DNA of 20,000 bases from Chloropicon primus (Eukaryota): positions 541,313 to 561,312 of the forward strand of contig CP060769.1 of NCBI GenBank assembly GCA_023205875.1, written 5' to 3'. The notes beneath the pieces were generated by a model. It worked only from the letters and a program-made list of their open reading frames with translations, was not told where the DNA came from and did no database searches. Shown in pieces: positions 11,401 through 18,129 of the stretch. Numbering within the stretch: position 1 is the stretch's first letter; every line of letters begins with the position of its first letter. The translations under genes were made by a program, and so were the position numbers.

Positions 11401-12816
11401 ACTCAACGAGTGGCCGGGATTGGGGTCCAAGTTTCTCACCATGACCTGCAGCCTGTGATTGTCCACCGACAGACTGGAGAACTCGCACTTTTCTCCCGTC
11501 AAGTTTGCCGTTAATGTGTTCGTAGCGTGGTTTATGTGAAAGTCTTCCTGCTCTCCAAAGCCAATAAAGTTGACTTCAGGCTTCGCCGCGAACAGAAAAT
11601 ATTGAGAGGCGCAAAAGCCATCCTCAGCAGCGCAACTCGAGCCGAGAGTTCCCCAGTGTGAAGTGTGCGAGTAGCCCTTGTCCATTGCACAGAAGGCTGA
11701 CCATTGCAGTGGGACGGCATCGGTAGCAGTCAAGCGAAAATGGCCTGACAAGTCCTTGTCCAGGAAAACGAGCCTGTTGTCCTCCACGCCGTTCCGAGAA
11801 GTGTCCGTCCAGTTCAGTTTTATCGCTGGCTGCTGAATGGACCTTGCCCTTTTGTTGAAATCAACGACCTGGTGCGCGTTCTCGGACTTCAGTAATTCAT
11901 CAGAGATTGTCAACTTTGGCTTCGTCTCTGTGGGACACAGATACGCCTCGTCGGTCTCAGACTCTTCGACGGCGTCTTGAGCAACGACACTGTACTTGGT
12001 GCAATGATCATCAATCCAGGTCAGGGAGTACGTGTGGGAGTTTCTAATCCTAGAATTCCACGGGCACGTCTCGTTTCTGAATTGCACGCCATAGCCATAG
12101 TTTCCCAAGGACTGCATGTCGTTGGCGCCCGCCGGAGGCAGCACTCTCCTCAGCCTGTTGAAACTAAGTTGTCCCGAGTTATCTTGGGACTTCCACATCA
12201 CAGTGGCCTGAAACTGGTAATTCACACCAAAGCGCCGCTTGTGCACGAAGGCCACCTTCTTAAAGTCCGGGGGGGTTCCCTGGCCGTACTGCACAATAAG
12301 CGCCACGTTCTCATCCCCGCCGAACCCGTCCGCGAATCCCAGGTTCACAGAAGGGGGTGTCACTGCATCGGTACAGAACCCATCTCCAGTCTCGTACGTG
12401 CATGCATAGGGGCAGCTGTTCGAGAGTCCACCGTGGCCAGTATAAGAGCTATACGTGGGTTTGTTGCTGCATGATGCTTCATAACCCTCGTTGGAGTCGA
12501 TGTGCCAAACGTATTCGCAGTCCTCTATCGGTGGGTTCGGGTTGCAATCCGGATTGTCAGGATCATTGTCGCAGGACGTGGGACAGTAAATATCCGTCAC
12601 GTTGTTCCACGTGCAACCCGCGCGATACTTTCCAGTGCCAAAGCTTGGCAGCGCTCCGCAGAACTGGTTCTGCGACCCGCAGTTCTCCGGTGTGCTTGGA
12701 CAAATCGCTTGGACTTGAACGAAAGAGGAAAAGGCCAGGAGGGTCGCAAAGATGAGTGGCACTCCTCCTTGGTTGACCCAAAACGCTCCCCTTGGCCTGC
12801 CTTTCTTCGTCGCCAT
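2401..12816 (-). CDS. Giant (3471 aa) multi-pass membrane protein with a large Ig/filamin-like, Cys-rich ectodomain and a C-terminal TRP-like (fungal Flc/Pkd2-related) multi-TM domain; function unknown
   Basis: 10.4-kb uninterrupted ATG-TAG ORF. Signal peptide (PLIFATLLAFSSFVQVQA/IC); filamin-like motifs (TRDFLGN, AQDRFEN, SYDEYGN, PKDRFGN, DNGDGT, AGTYQL, NGTYEF...GNPF); Cys-rich CHPCPEGAIC...GYWR...GHAGPLCTECDEGW; ~9 hydrophobic segments with FGFMYSGYK..WWWE....RK and YKPF....N.FE motifs. Confidence 0.9.
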   Translation of the reverse strand: MATKKGRPRGAFWVNQGGVPLIFATLLAFSSFVQVQAICPSTPENCGSQNQFCGALPSFGTGKYRAGCTWNNVTDIYCPTSCDNDPDNPDCNPNPPIEDCEYVWHIDSNEGYEASCSNKPTYSSYTGHGGLSNSCPYACTYETGDGFCTDAVTPPSVNLGFADGFGGDENVALIVQYGQGTPPDFKKVAFVHKRRFGVNYQFQATVMWKSQDNSGQLSFNRLRRVLPPAGANDMQSLGNYGYGVQFRNETCPWNSRIRNSHTYSLTWIDDHCTKYSVVAQDAVEESETDEAYLCPTETKPKLTISDELLKSENAHQVVDFNKRARSIQQPAIKLNWTDTSRNGVEDNRLVFLDKDLSGHFRLTATDAVPLQWSAFCAMDKGYSHTSHWGTLGSSCAAEDGFCASQYFLFAAKPEVNFIGFGEQEDFHINHATNTLTANLTGEKCEFSSLSVDNHRLQVMVRNLDPNPGHSLSWVNYDFSVYDSTVVFGGGGEKESAYASSKVYIPFNEWADTEVIQDQGNANDGMVLVSNRRPYLNWVANLEGMPIKHRGCMIEKRDNAGALISTYRDCSPRSEGSGKWRPNSYLQSGVNIFRMKVVDWRDHWVVVKKSFIVDTRDPSLVFLDSHPALTYETSRTVRFRADEPSCTFRWRQVHTFDAYGNSTSPAWTWSSFDSSDDTWSQTLGDGYGNGTTEGTIELEELGLGRHVFEIVPVDSAGNEGNMKRLIWEVSARISHDTDNDKLIRHFVIRSSRAEEHCDEFAHCTKELKFTTSFEGGAGFVNVEIINDLPDWLRGETAALDERTFEHTLYLSVDKITEPSQLSHKLKLGHVDKACPTQGSFSDYCRTGGPTTIDGYYVNTTNLVRPANVLEFDVRLHTYEPPTLELEPDDFIRKLSGGIELDITKQSNASVLFKNTGDFPLRWKMVYSEGGSGAVDECGLDEQKEYIGTKPSWITLKDEDTGSLISSDVHTIAAKSSQAVMIDFDTQQLRTAHYRVALMMQTNDYDLSEDKVLDSDQGMSVSLSDYKYNGCSEDFDCVSASGTSCVTGQAWGYIRDIGGNTCSQTFSNSGMRILRNIGDQVVNEEMGFRFLAMEVEGMGANTLIFLPKKLNKAYVAAGTEVRQAVNLVSMVGASDAYFIYDTDTFEPQYDGLLEMPFWIYLSMTKLDINRDTSLVTYEREPFLDVDGNVDLSLLDTLVANGSYPDVIGAGGTNSQAQLQQFSSRLESWLAQVGDAKSRFNTPSHLVERTEIINTGGGTGMVFGIPVELDVNFRFFEKYTDLGRETVECLLSGQQREKCVQLYSMTFTVENSNDHYFGTWPEPLGICQTLQGLQACTDDTLRKYQRAKLSQMEVEVEFEPGLCSASESVLVVNTSDSESSSFTQQAKAGEEVELVIHTRDFLGNDRWPPEFCRSSLECTASCTYEKTLDDKEFDFDPIQFGGFVVLGEWSGFAAESSKPIFKPSSALSDFERQNLKYVCSGNPYGMGGMGMPERLEFFTRTSLEFYQGDQGLGGFEGVGGLGGGLGGLDTSGELNYIVFDRIDPLKTRCWDARALLSWIEDPMSWHIEGMRHFPLDKYLLLTPEDITMITNVAGGRKLPIDGIFDEEEFMQTEQITQWSYSEDNGDGTHSIKIPALKAGTYQLFAGEYARDFVKSTPMSLGVPTVLGSSANISNFYRSDDVEYDPLVSFLKYSVQNIQSYFFEVVASEIDLQSFLVLDVNPMQAIAGDEFCFNVQAQDRFENVVMTENGNSSDLQFYMLFKAVSYKNSTIKAYRATYTQSNGDDDVLGVTYETCFLLERAGHYELWLSEAGAFASQSLENIQTILSRGGDGQAKRLNKHVPQETIIAPSEVSEATSCIDEFGTSKWECGNQTATKTMLVGDPIKFMLHSYDEYGNPLQSSQNYTFIARLWANVTENSSSTGEEGDSTSTTGEEGDSTSTTGEEGDSTSTTGEEGDSTSTTGEEGDATSTTGEEGDATSTTGEEGDATSTTGEEGGGRRQLMQASSSPWTQEVASKLAYPSNAVACSDPYFGVDTPCPNEFVLILSSELGSPAWFGPKVNGTYKLTISVVKTLVDGSTEEKRIENIDYYVTMEASNLISPANSELYSNLPPPHTVAYGDGRPLPSLRFEEPYEGLFVMPKDRFGNFLSLPVESNILSSGVPLSPSDVLLTLYDKVRNGEVLSSVWSYRAQYDKERSQMANAVVLSLDFQPRMNGTYEFNVSISDGEEVKLIAGNPFELPVLEIICEEGSQAERLTGAYCVCSPGWYDQLTADLGDLPDCQRCGIELSGELDLTKYNTKPDQIECTYCPLCSDGQTYEYAPVGADSPYDCRCPDDFVRIPHLTSEEFPLNEFGRHLCHPCPEGAICTNGTSLEGIEAEDGYWRADPETDTFVSCDLTIAGAAICEGGSIEDGYCMDGHAGPLCTECDEGWGRAGKGTCIKCIQSSTRKIFDWLQIVGTIVGMTLLVTVFVYREIKSMHQKIKAGDFARSRARTQLLKSMLSYLQIVGIAKEVQVQWNPLLRKYFNTVNSMTSEFAFESQAFACQLPSSYMQKWQAYMLAPFFASAGLLLVFYFRSLFKPKKHKELTLLDKEDSKKGDDDDDSESSTFLTSFMTTMLVLGFLAYPSLVRKAVEVFGCRTMVQRKTDRRNSGNVIDSAISLLSVDNSVSCLSTEYTLMRLQAMVAIGLYGVGVPFSVFAAIKARRDKLHEKKTMLMFGFMYSGYKDQFWWWECMSLMRKLFMSLVLVFFSERLYIQLFLGLVVSQMFLLLQLRYKPFTTDLCNIFETMSLFALWFTLQGTFLYFEGVSIGVNLVITAALATINFGVILFFVLAYFYQTLEDKKEALRKPLAKVGINIDWVLETIRKFNKEIVDSTVSKNVVNVFAKKGVASIDDLASCPQFKQIETFKKILEAYRISEATEEELRLVQEIHAKLEEILASDEALVLTYQSPLMEGIQAYINRLRSESGAAYVNPLSTFDSLGEDRRTREQKKLYGQAGPLDDISSFLTRFRSETGRNFMNPLAEEGEGEGVGMGALGPLPEAQEPGEDDARRGTVTDETFLMNDISSFLTRFRSETGRNFMNPLAEEGEGEGVGIGSLGPLPEAQEPGEDGEVPPARKPTLLDQTFLMNDISSFLTRFRSETGTNFMNPLAEEVEANLGVDALGVDVEHSTARVSSDLAEPVGESSRENDASREELENLALRSTDQADRARADTFKLDAPNLRKTTEVDRKKSVDFLHSIDSELLRILNWRSEIAESGRYKPLQDAKVKHIHRHSVHHGRQRAQGKGLSLSNVSAALKEIEDVAPSRSAPNRLSSIQEDPGTPASQVSSEGGEDQALLSSRDRKESSSAVSVNPLAASLWKKAANGAMREMIANPLQAQDAGTDDAGSSAALPTSLTLDRSGSSKKFRMEASKDFDIEFDSPVAEPPARKTSEQGMDLNPMLEPQGETPGKSTFKLPTTLTLKKAAKSFKKKGKKGKK
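3381..3834 (-). repeat. Three in-frame internal repeats (periods 198 and 186 bp) in the cytoplasmic tail of the giant protein
   Basis: DISSFLTRFRSETGxNFMNPLAEE occurs 3 times; two copies continue EGEGEGVGxGxLGPLPEAQEPGED. Near-identical at DNA level (ggttcatgaagtt at 3393, 3591, 3777). Confidence 0.93.
6845..7068 (-). repeat. Coding 30-bp minisatellite, about 7.5 copies, encoding (GEEGDSTSTT)4(GEEGDATSTT)3
   Basis: Unit ccctcttccccggtggttgaagtgg(c/a)gtca repeats every 30 bp from 6845, with few substitutions. Confidence 0.97.
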
Positions 12817-13592
12817 CTCACCTCACCACGTGTGTGTGTGTGTGTGTGTGTGTTCGTGTTGCGTGCTCTCTCTCAAACTATGTTCTTATTCCCGGACCCA
12901 GACAACATCTTCGTTCTCTTGTCTCTTGTCTTCTCCCCTGGCGGAGGATCCCATCACCAAGCCCTCCCCGTCATGAATTCACCGCTGCGGTGAAGGGTTT
13001 TTGTTTCGCCCTGTGGTGCCTCTGGCGGTGCCGGTGGCTGTGTTGGGCGGGAAGAGAGAACAAGAACCAGAACACAAGAGTGAAGCTCGTGCGTGAAGCT
13101 CCGTCCCGGTGTGCGTGGGGAACGATCCCTCGCTCGCCGGGGCCAAAAGCGGAAAGAAAAAGAAACTTAGTAAGAAATCATGAAAAGGACAAGGAGGAGA
13201 AAGAAAGAGCAACACCAAGAGAGAGAGAGAGAGAAAGGAGGGAGGTCTTGTTGGAGTTGGTTAAGTGAAGGGGATCCACTCCACCTCCACGGAGCACCCA
13301 AACGTTTGGGTTGGTGTTGTAACAAGAACAAGAAGGAAGCGCCGCCCCGGACGGATCGGAGGATCGGAGGATCGGAGGAGAACAAAACACGAAGAAAACA
13401 AGAGCTCCATCTCCTCTCCAAAGTATAGTCTCGGATTGTGTTCCCGCGGGGGCGACACCCTCCCTGGTAGTCCCGAATGGAGTTGTACTCCCACGTGAAG
13501 GGAAGCGTGAGAAGCGTGAGATTCTTCTCTTCTTGACCAGGCAGGAAGGAAAGCGCTCACGGCTCACGCTCACGCTCACGCTACGGGGCGCC
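12817..13592. promoter_or_regulatory. Divergent (head-to-head) intergenic/promoter region between the giant membrane protein and the ABCB transporter
   Basis: 776 bp between two divergent ATGs, with GA-rich tracts, ggatcgg(g)a repeats (~13353-13378) and gctcac repeats (~13555-13582). Promoter role is inferred from geometry only. Confidence 0.55.
12831..12852. repeat. (TG)11 / (CA)11 microsatellite 14 nt upstream of the giant-ORF ATG
   Basis: Direct reading; probably within the 5' UTR. Confidence 0.9.
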
Positions 13593-16500
13593 ATGGCTTC
13601 CGAGAAAGGGGGCGGGAAGATCTACGAGTACGAGGAGAAGGACAATGCGGATGAAAAGGCGGAGGGAGAGAAGACGGAGGGCGAGACGGAGGGACAATGT
13701 TCCGTCAAGGACCTCTTCATGGAGGCGGAGAAGAAAGAGTGCGTCTTGCTCGCGGTGGGACTCCTCTTTGCCCTCGTGAACGGTCTTGGCGATCCCCTGA
13801 TGATCGTCCTGTTCAGTGAGTCGATGTCCGCCCTCTCGGACCCCGAGGACACCCTCAAGGTCATGTCGGAGGTCGCCATCCTGTTCGTCATCCTCGGAGG
13901 CATTTTGCAGGTGGCCGCCAGCATACAATACGGGTGCTTCAGCAGGGTTGCGAAGACCCTGAGCATCCGCATGAGGAAGAAGTGGATGAGGAGCCTCCTG
14001 AAGCAGGACATCGCGTACTTTGACAAGAACGACGCGAGCGCCCTGCCAGGGAAGATGTCCAGCACCATGGTGAGCTTTGAGGAGGGGATAGGCGCCAAGC
14101 TCGGCTTGGGCTTGCAGTTCTTCTCCGGTTTCTTGGCCGGGGTGATCATCGCTTTCGTGTACAACGCGTACGTCGCCCTGATCACCATCGCAGCCATGCC
14201 CCTTGTCGCCGGAAGCGGGGCCTGGCTCGTTAAGGTCAACACGGAGGCCGCGGAGAAGAAGGACAAGTGTTACTCCAAGGCCAACGCTTTGGCCTACGAG
14301 ACGTTCAAGGGGCTGAAGACCGTCCTGAGCGTCAACGGGAGCGGCAAGATGGAGCGGAGGTACATGGAGGCCACGAGGGAGGCCAAGAAGGCCGGAATCG
14401 GGAGGTCCTTCCACGTGGGCGTCGCCAACGGAAGCATGCTGTCGACCTTCAACCTCATGTACCTTGCCATCACGGTGTTCGGGGGCTGGGCTCTGTCGCA
14501 CCAGATCAAGAAGACTGGCTGCGATCCCAGCGGATCGGTGTGGCCGAGGAACAAGTGCGACACCTTCAACCTCCCCCGGGAGATGGACGGCACGGCGGTC
14601 TTCATCGCCCTCATGTCCCTCGCCATCGGGGGACAGGCGTTGGGCCAGGTCGCCGGGAGCGTGGACGCCTTGTCCGTGGCCCGGAAGGCCATGAAGGCCT
14701 GCGTGGACGTCATCAAGAACGAGCCGGAGATCGATCCGGAGGCCGAGGGGGGCTTGAAGCCCAGCCAGGAGGACACCAAGGGAAAGCTCGAGCTCGAGGA
14801 CATCAAGTTCGCGTACCCCACGAGGCCGGACGCCGTTGTCTTCGACGACTTTGGCCTGACAATCGAGCCCGGCCAGACCCTGGCCCTGGTGGGGGAGAGC
14901 GGCAGCGGCAAGAGCACGATCACCCAGCTGCTGCAGAGGTTCTACGACCCCAACCAAGGTCGGATCTTGCTGGACGGGACTGACCTCAAGGACCTGAACG
15001 TCAAGTGGCTCAGGCAGAACGTCGGCATCGTGTCCCAGGAGCCTCAGCTTTTCACGGGAACGATCGCGGAGAACATCGGGTACGGCGCGACCGCTTCGGG
15101 GAAGGAGGCGTCCCTGGAGGACATCCAGGAGGCGGCCAAGCAGGCCAACGCCCACAACTTCATCATGGAGTTCAACAAGGGGTACGACACGGAGGTTGGC
15201 TTTGGCGGGTCCCAGATGAGCGGAGGCCAGAAGCAGAGGATTGCGATCGCCAGGGCCCTCGTCAAGAAGCCAACGATTCTTTTGCTCGACGAGGCCACCT
15301 CAGCTTTGGACAACAAGTCCGAGCTGGTCGTCCAGGAGGCCTTGGACAAGCTCGTGGAGGGAGACAAGAGCAACAGGACGACGATTATCATCGCTCACAG
15401 GCTGTCGACCATCCGAACCGCGGACGTGATCGGGTACGTGGAGGGCGGAAAGATCGTCGAGAAGGGAACTCACGAGGAGCTCATCAAGATGGAGGGCGGG
15501 CACTACCGTGAGCTCGTCGAGAAGCAGGAAGTCAAGGCGGGCATCGGCATGGGCAGCACGACGGACGGCAAGGCGGACCGCACCTCGATGCAGGGGGGGG
15601 AGGCAACGGGAAAGGCGTCAGAGGGCCAGGACGGTAATAGCACGAACGAGGAGGCCGACTCGAAGGAGGGCAAGGAGGGGGAGGAGAAGCCAGAGTACAA
15701 GGTCTCTTGGAAGCGAATCTGGGAGTGCAACAAGGCCGACACCAAGTTCTTGACTGGCGGTGCATTCAGCGCGATGATTGCGGGAGCCCTGTACCCCTTC
15801 TGGGGGTACATGTTCGCCAAGATGATCGTGGTGTTCTTCACCCCAGTGTACGCCTGCGTGGACGAGGCCACGGTGGGCTACTTCACTGCCGCGGATTTGG
15901 GCTTCACCAGCTGCAAGGCTTACTTTGACAGGCAGGCGGACAAGCTGTGGGACGACGCAGTGAACCTTTCGTACTTTTGGATCGGCGTCGCCGTGCTGAC
16001 CCTGGTCTCGAACGCGTTGATGTTCCTTGGGTTCGGAACGGCCTCCGAGCGCCTTTGCTTCAGGATCAGAAACCGCATGTTCTCGACCTACTTGAGACAG
16101 GAGCCCGGGTACTTTGACGCCCCGGAGAACTCCGTGGGCAGCGTCAGCAGTCGCCTTGCCAGCGACGCCACGCTCCTCAAGGCGAAGACTGGGGAGCCCC
16201 TCCAGCAGATCTTGATCACCCTGTTCGGTTGCGTCGGGGGGATCGTGCTCGCGGCCATCTTCGCCTGGCCCATCGCGCTCATGGCCATCGGCGTCCTTCC
16301 GATCCTGGGCTTTGCCATGACCATGCAGGTGGAGATGATCCTCGGGCAGTCCAAGGCGGGCGACTCGGAGGACCCCAAGATTGGTTCCCTCGCGGGGGAG
16401 AGCCTCAACTCGATCCGGACGGTGACCGCCTTTGGCCTGCAGAAGAGCGTCGCCCAGAGGTACGACGGGATGCTGGTGAACTTGGAGATGAGTACGGACG

Positions 16501-17543
16501 CCCTGCTCAGGAAGAGCGTGGGCTTCGGGGCCTCGTTCTCCCTGCAGCACTGGGCCTGGGCCCTGCTCATGTGGTTCGGCGCCTGGGTTATCGACAACTT
16601 GTCCTTCAACTTTGAGGACTTCTCCATCGCCGTCTTTGCCTTCTTCTTCGGGCTGTTCGGGATGTCCATGGCCGCCAGCGGGGCGACGGACACCAAGCAG
16701 GCCGTGAACGCCCTCACCAACATCTTCCAGCTCCTGGACAGGGTCACCAAGATCGACCCGAAGAGCAGCGCGGGAGTCGTGCTGGAGGAGGCCAAGGGAG
16801 AGGTAGAGTTCAAGGACGTCGTCTTCACTTACCCGGCCAGGGAGGACAACCTGGTGTGCAACCAGCTCTCCTTCAGCATCGGGGCGGGCGAGAAGATCGG
16901 AGTGGTCGGCTCGAGCGGCTCGGGCAAGTCCACCATCATCCAGCTCATCGAGAGGTTCTACGATCCGGACGGGGGCCAGGCAGTCTTCGATCAGCTGATC
17001 ATCCAGAACTTGAGCTACGAGTGGATCCACTCCCGGATCGGCATGGTGGGCCAGGAGCCCGTCCTCTTCAACGGGACCATAGCCTCCAACATTGCATTCG
17101 GGCACAAAGCCGACGACTTGCCGAGGGAAGAGATCGTGGCGGCCGCCAAGCTCGCCAACGCCGACGCTTTCATCATGGAGCTCCCGGACGGGTACGAGAC
17201 CGAGGTCGGCCCGGGGGGAACCCTCCTGAGCGGCGGACAGAAGCAGAGGATCGCCATCGCAAGGGCCCTCGTTTGCAAGCCAAAGGTTCTCCTTCTGGAT
17301 GAGGCCACCTCCGCATTGGACGCCACCAGCGAGCAGGTCGTCCAGGAGGCTCTGAACAAGCTCATGAACGACACGAACATGACGACCATCATGATCGCCC
17401 ACCGCATGTCCACCGTGAGGGACATGGACAAGATCTTGGTCATCGAGAACGGCCAGGTCGTGGAGTTCGGCTCCCACGACGACCTCATGCAGAGGGACGA
17501 AGGCGTGTACGCGGGCCTCGTCCGAGCTTCAGGAAAACAATAG
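13593..17543 (+). CDS. Full-size ABC transporter subfamily B (MDR/P-glycoprotein-like; TMD-NBD-TMD-NBD), 1316 aa
   Basis: Two NBDs: Walker A GESGSGKS and GSSGSGKS, Q-loops VSQEP and VGQEP, signatures MSGGQKQRIAIARAL and LSGGQKQRIAIARAL, Walker B LLLDEATSALD twice, H-loops IAHRLST and IAHRMST. TMD motifs LKQDIAYFD and LRQEPGYFD. First ATG in good context (cgccATGG) at 13593; the track start at 13533 is TTG. Confidence 0.97.
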   Translation: MASEKGGGKIYEYEEKDNADEKAEGEKTEGETEGQCSVKDLFMEAEKKECVLLAVGLLFALVNGLGDPLMIVLFSESMSALSDPEDTLKVMSEVAILFVILGGILQVAASIQYGCFSRVAKTLSIRMRKKWMRSLLKQDIAYFDKNDASALPGKMSSTMVSFEEGIGAKLGLGLQFFSGFLAGVIIAFVYNAYVALITIAAMPLVAGSGAWLVKVNTEAAEKKDKCYSKANALAYETFKGLKTVLSVNGSGKMERRYMEATREAKKAGIGRSFHVGVANGSMLSTFNLMYLAITVFGGWALSHQIKKTGCDPSGSVWPRNKCDTFNLPREMDGTAVFIALMSLAIGGQALGQVAGSVDALSVARKAMKACVDVIKNEPEIDPEAEGGLKPSQEDTKGKLELEDIKFAYPTRPDAVVFDDFGLTIEPGQTLALVGESGSGKSTITQLLQRFYDPNQGRILLDGTDLKDLNVKWLRQNVGIVSQEPQLFTGTIAENIGYGATASGKEASLEDIQEAAKQANAHNFIMEFNKGYDTEVGFGGSQMSGGQKQRIAIARALVKKPTILLLDEATSALDNKSELVVQEALDKLVEGDKSNRTTIIIAHRLSTIRTADVIGYVEGGKIVEKGTHEELIKMEGGHYRELVEKQEVKAGIGMGSTTDGKADRTSMQGGEATGKASEGQDGNSTNEEADSKEGKEGEEKPEYKVSWKRIWECNKADTKFLTGGAFSAMIAGALYPFWGYMFAKMIVVFFTPVYACVDEATVGYFTAADLGFTSCKAYFDRQADKLWDDAVNLSYFWIGVAVLTLVSNALMFLGFGTASERLCFRIRNRMFSTYLRQEPGYFDAPENSVGSVSSRLASDATLLKAKTGEPLQQILITLFGCVGGIVLAAIFAWPIALMAIGVLPILGFAMTMQVEMILGQSKAGDSEDPKIGSLAGESLNSIRTVTAFGLQKSVAQRYDGMLVNLEMSTDALLRKSVGFGASFSLQHWAWALLMWFGAWVIDNLSFNFEDFSIAVFAFFFGLFGMSMAASGATDTKQAVNALTNIFQLLDRVTKIDPKSSAGVVLEEAKGEVEFKDVVFTYPAREDNLVCNQLSFSIGAGEKIGVVGSSGSGKSTIIQLIERFYDPDGGQAVFDQLIIQNLSYEWIHSRIGMVGQEPVLFNGTIASNIAFGHKADDLPREEIVAAAKLANADAFIMELPDGYETEVGPGGTLLSGGQKQRIAIARALVCKPKVLLLDEATSALDATSEQVVQEALNKLMNDTNMTTIMIAHRMSTVRDMDKILVIENGQVVEFGSHDDLMQRDEGVYAGLVRASGKQ

Positions 17544-17671
17544 ACAGGCAGGAACCACCGCAACCCCCACCGTCCTCATCGTTGATCCATTGATCCGTTG
17601 ATGGGGACAACAGGGACGAGCGAGAAGGAGGAGACAACATGATTTATAATGATAAAAAAAGAGTTTTTATT

Positions 17672-17676
17672 TGTAA
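17672..17676 (+). promoter_or_regulatory. Possible chlorophyte-type polyadenylation signal TGTAA for the ABCB mRNA
   Basis: TGTAA in an AT-rich patch ~130 nt after the ABCB stop. UGUAA is the known near-upstream element in Chlamydomonas and other chlorophytes, but a single pentamer is weak evidence. Confidence 0.3.
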
Positions 17677-17709
17677 GGGAAAGGTGTGGTCTTATCCAGG
17701 TTGCTTGGC

Positions 17710-18129
17710 TCACTTCTTCTTCGGGGTCTTCCTGGAGGTTCCCTGCCTCTTCTTCGTTCCGGAGGCCGGCGAGCCACCCGCCTTCCGCTTCTTCTGCTGG
17801 CCCTTCCCCTTCCTCAGCAACAGACTCCGGATGAGGATGGGCTGCGACTCGCTCTTGATGGTCTGGTCGCCAGGAGGTTTCGTGTTGTGGTCGCACACGT
17901 ACCGCCGGAACCTCCCGTGAACCACACCCCCGACGCCGCCACACGCCTCGAGGTCCTCCTCAGGACAAGACCCTAAACTCGTTTCCTTCTCCTTGTCATC
18001 CTCCTCGTCGTCGTCATCGTTGGCGGTGGTGGTGGTGGTGGTGGTGGTGGTACGCCTTGACGCGATGGAGGCGAAGTTCCCACGCGACGGCAGATCCCCG
18101 AGCAAGGGGTTGACCTCCTCCAGCGTCAT
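17710..18129 (-). CDS. DDA1: DET1- and DDB1-associated protein 1 (DDA1) family protein, about 139 aa
   Basis: LLGDLPSRGNF ... YVCDHNTKPPGDQTIKSESQPILIRSL matches the DDA1 pattern (LxxLPS..NFS ... Y...H...PP.Q.I.T...NILIR) and is followed by a basic tail. Start at 18129 (MTLEEVNPLL) is chosen by homology; upstream ATGs at 18228 and 18345 are alternatives. Confidence 0.75.
   Translation of the reverse strand: MTLEEVNPLLGDLPSRGNFASIASRRTTTTTTTTTANDDDDEEDDKEKETSLGSCPEEDLEACGGVGGVVHGRFRRYVCDHNTKPPGDQTIKSESQPILIRSLLLRKGKGQQKKRKAGGSPASGTKKRQGTSRKTPKKK
18025..18051. repeat. (GGT)9 / (ACC)9 trinucleotide repeat, read as poly-Thr in DDA1
   Basis: Direct reading. Confidence 0.9.

Noticed and set aside
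10585..12474. Plus-strand ORFs of 165-309 aa within the giant gene
   Set aside because: Antisense to a 10-kb ORF with coherent domain structure; no motifs of their own.
13581..17477. Long antisense ORFs (524 aa and 619 aa) opposite the ABCB gene
   Set aside because: Shadow ORFs expected from strong G/C-ending codon bias; codon-aligned with the real gene, with no recognisable motifs.
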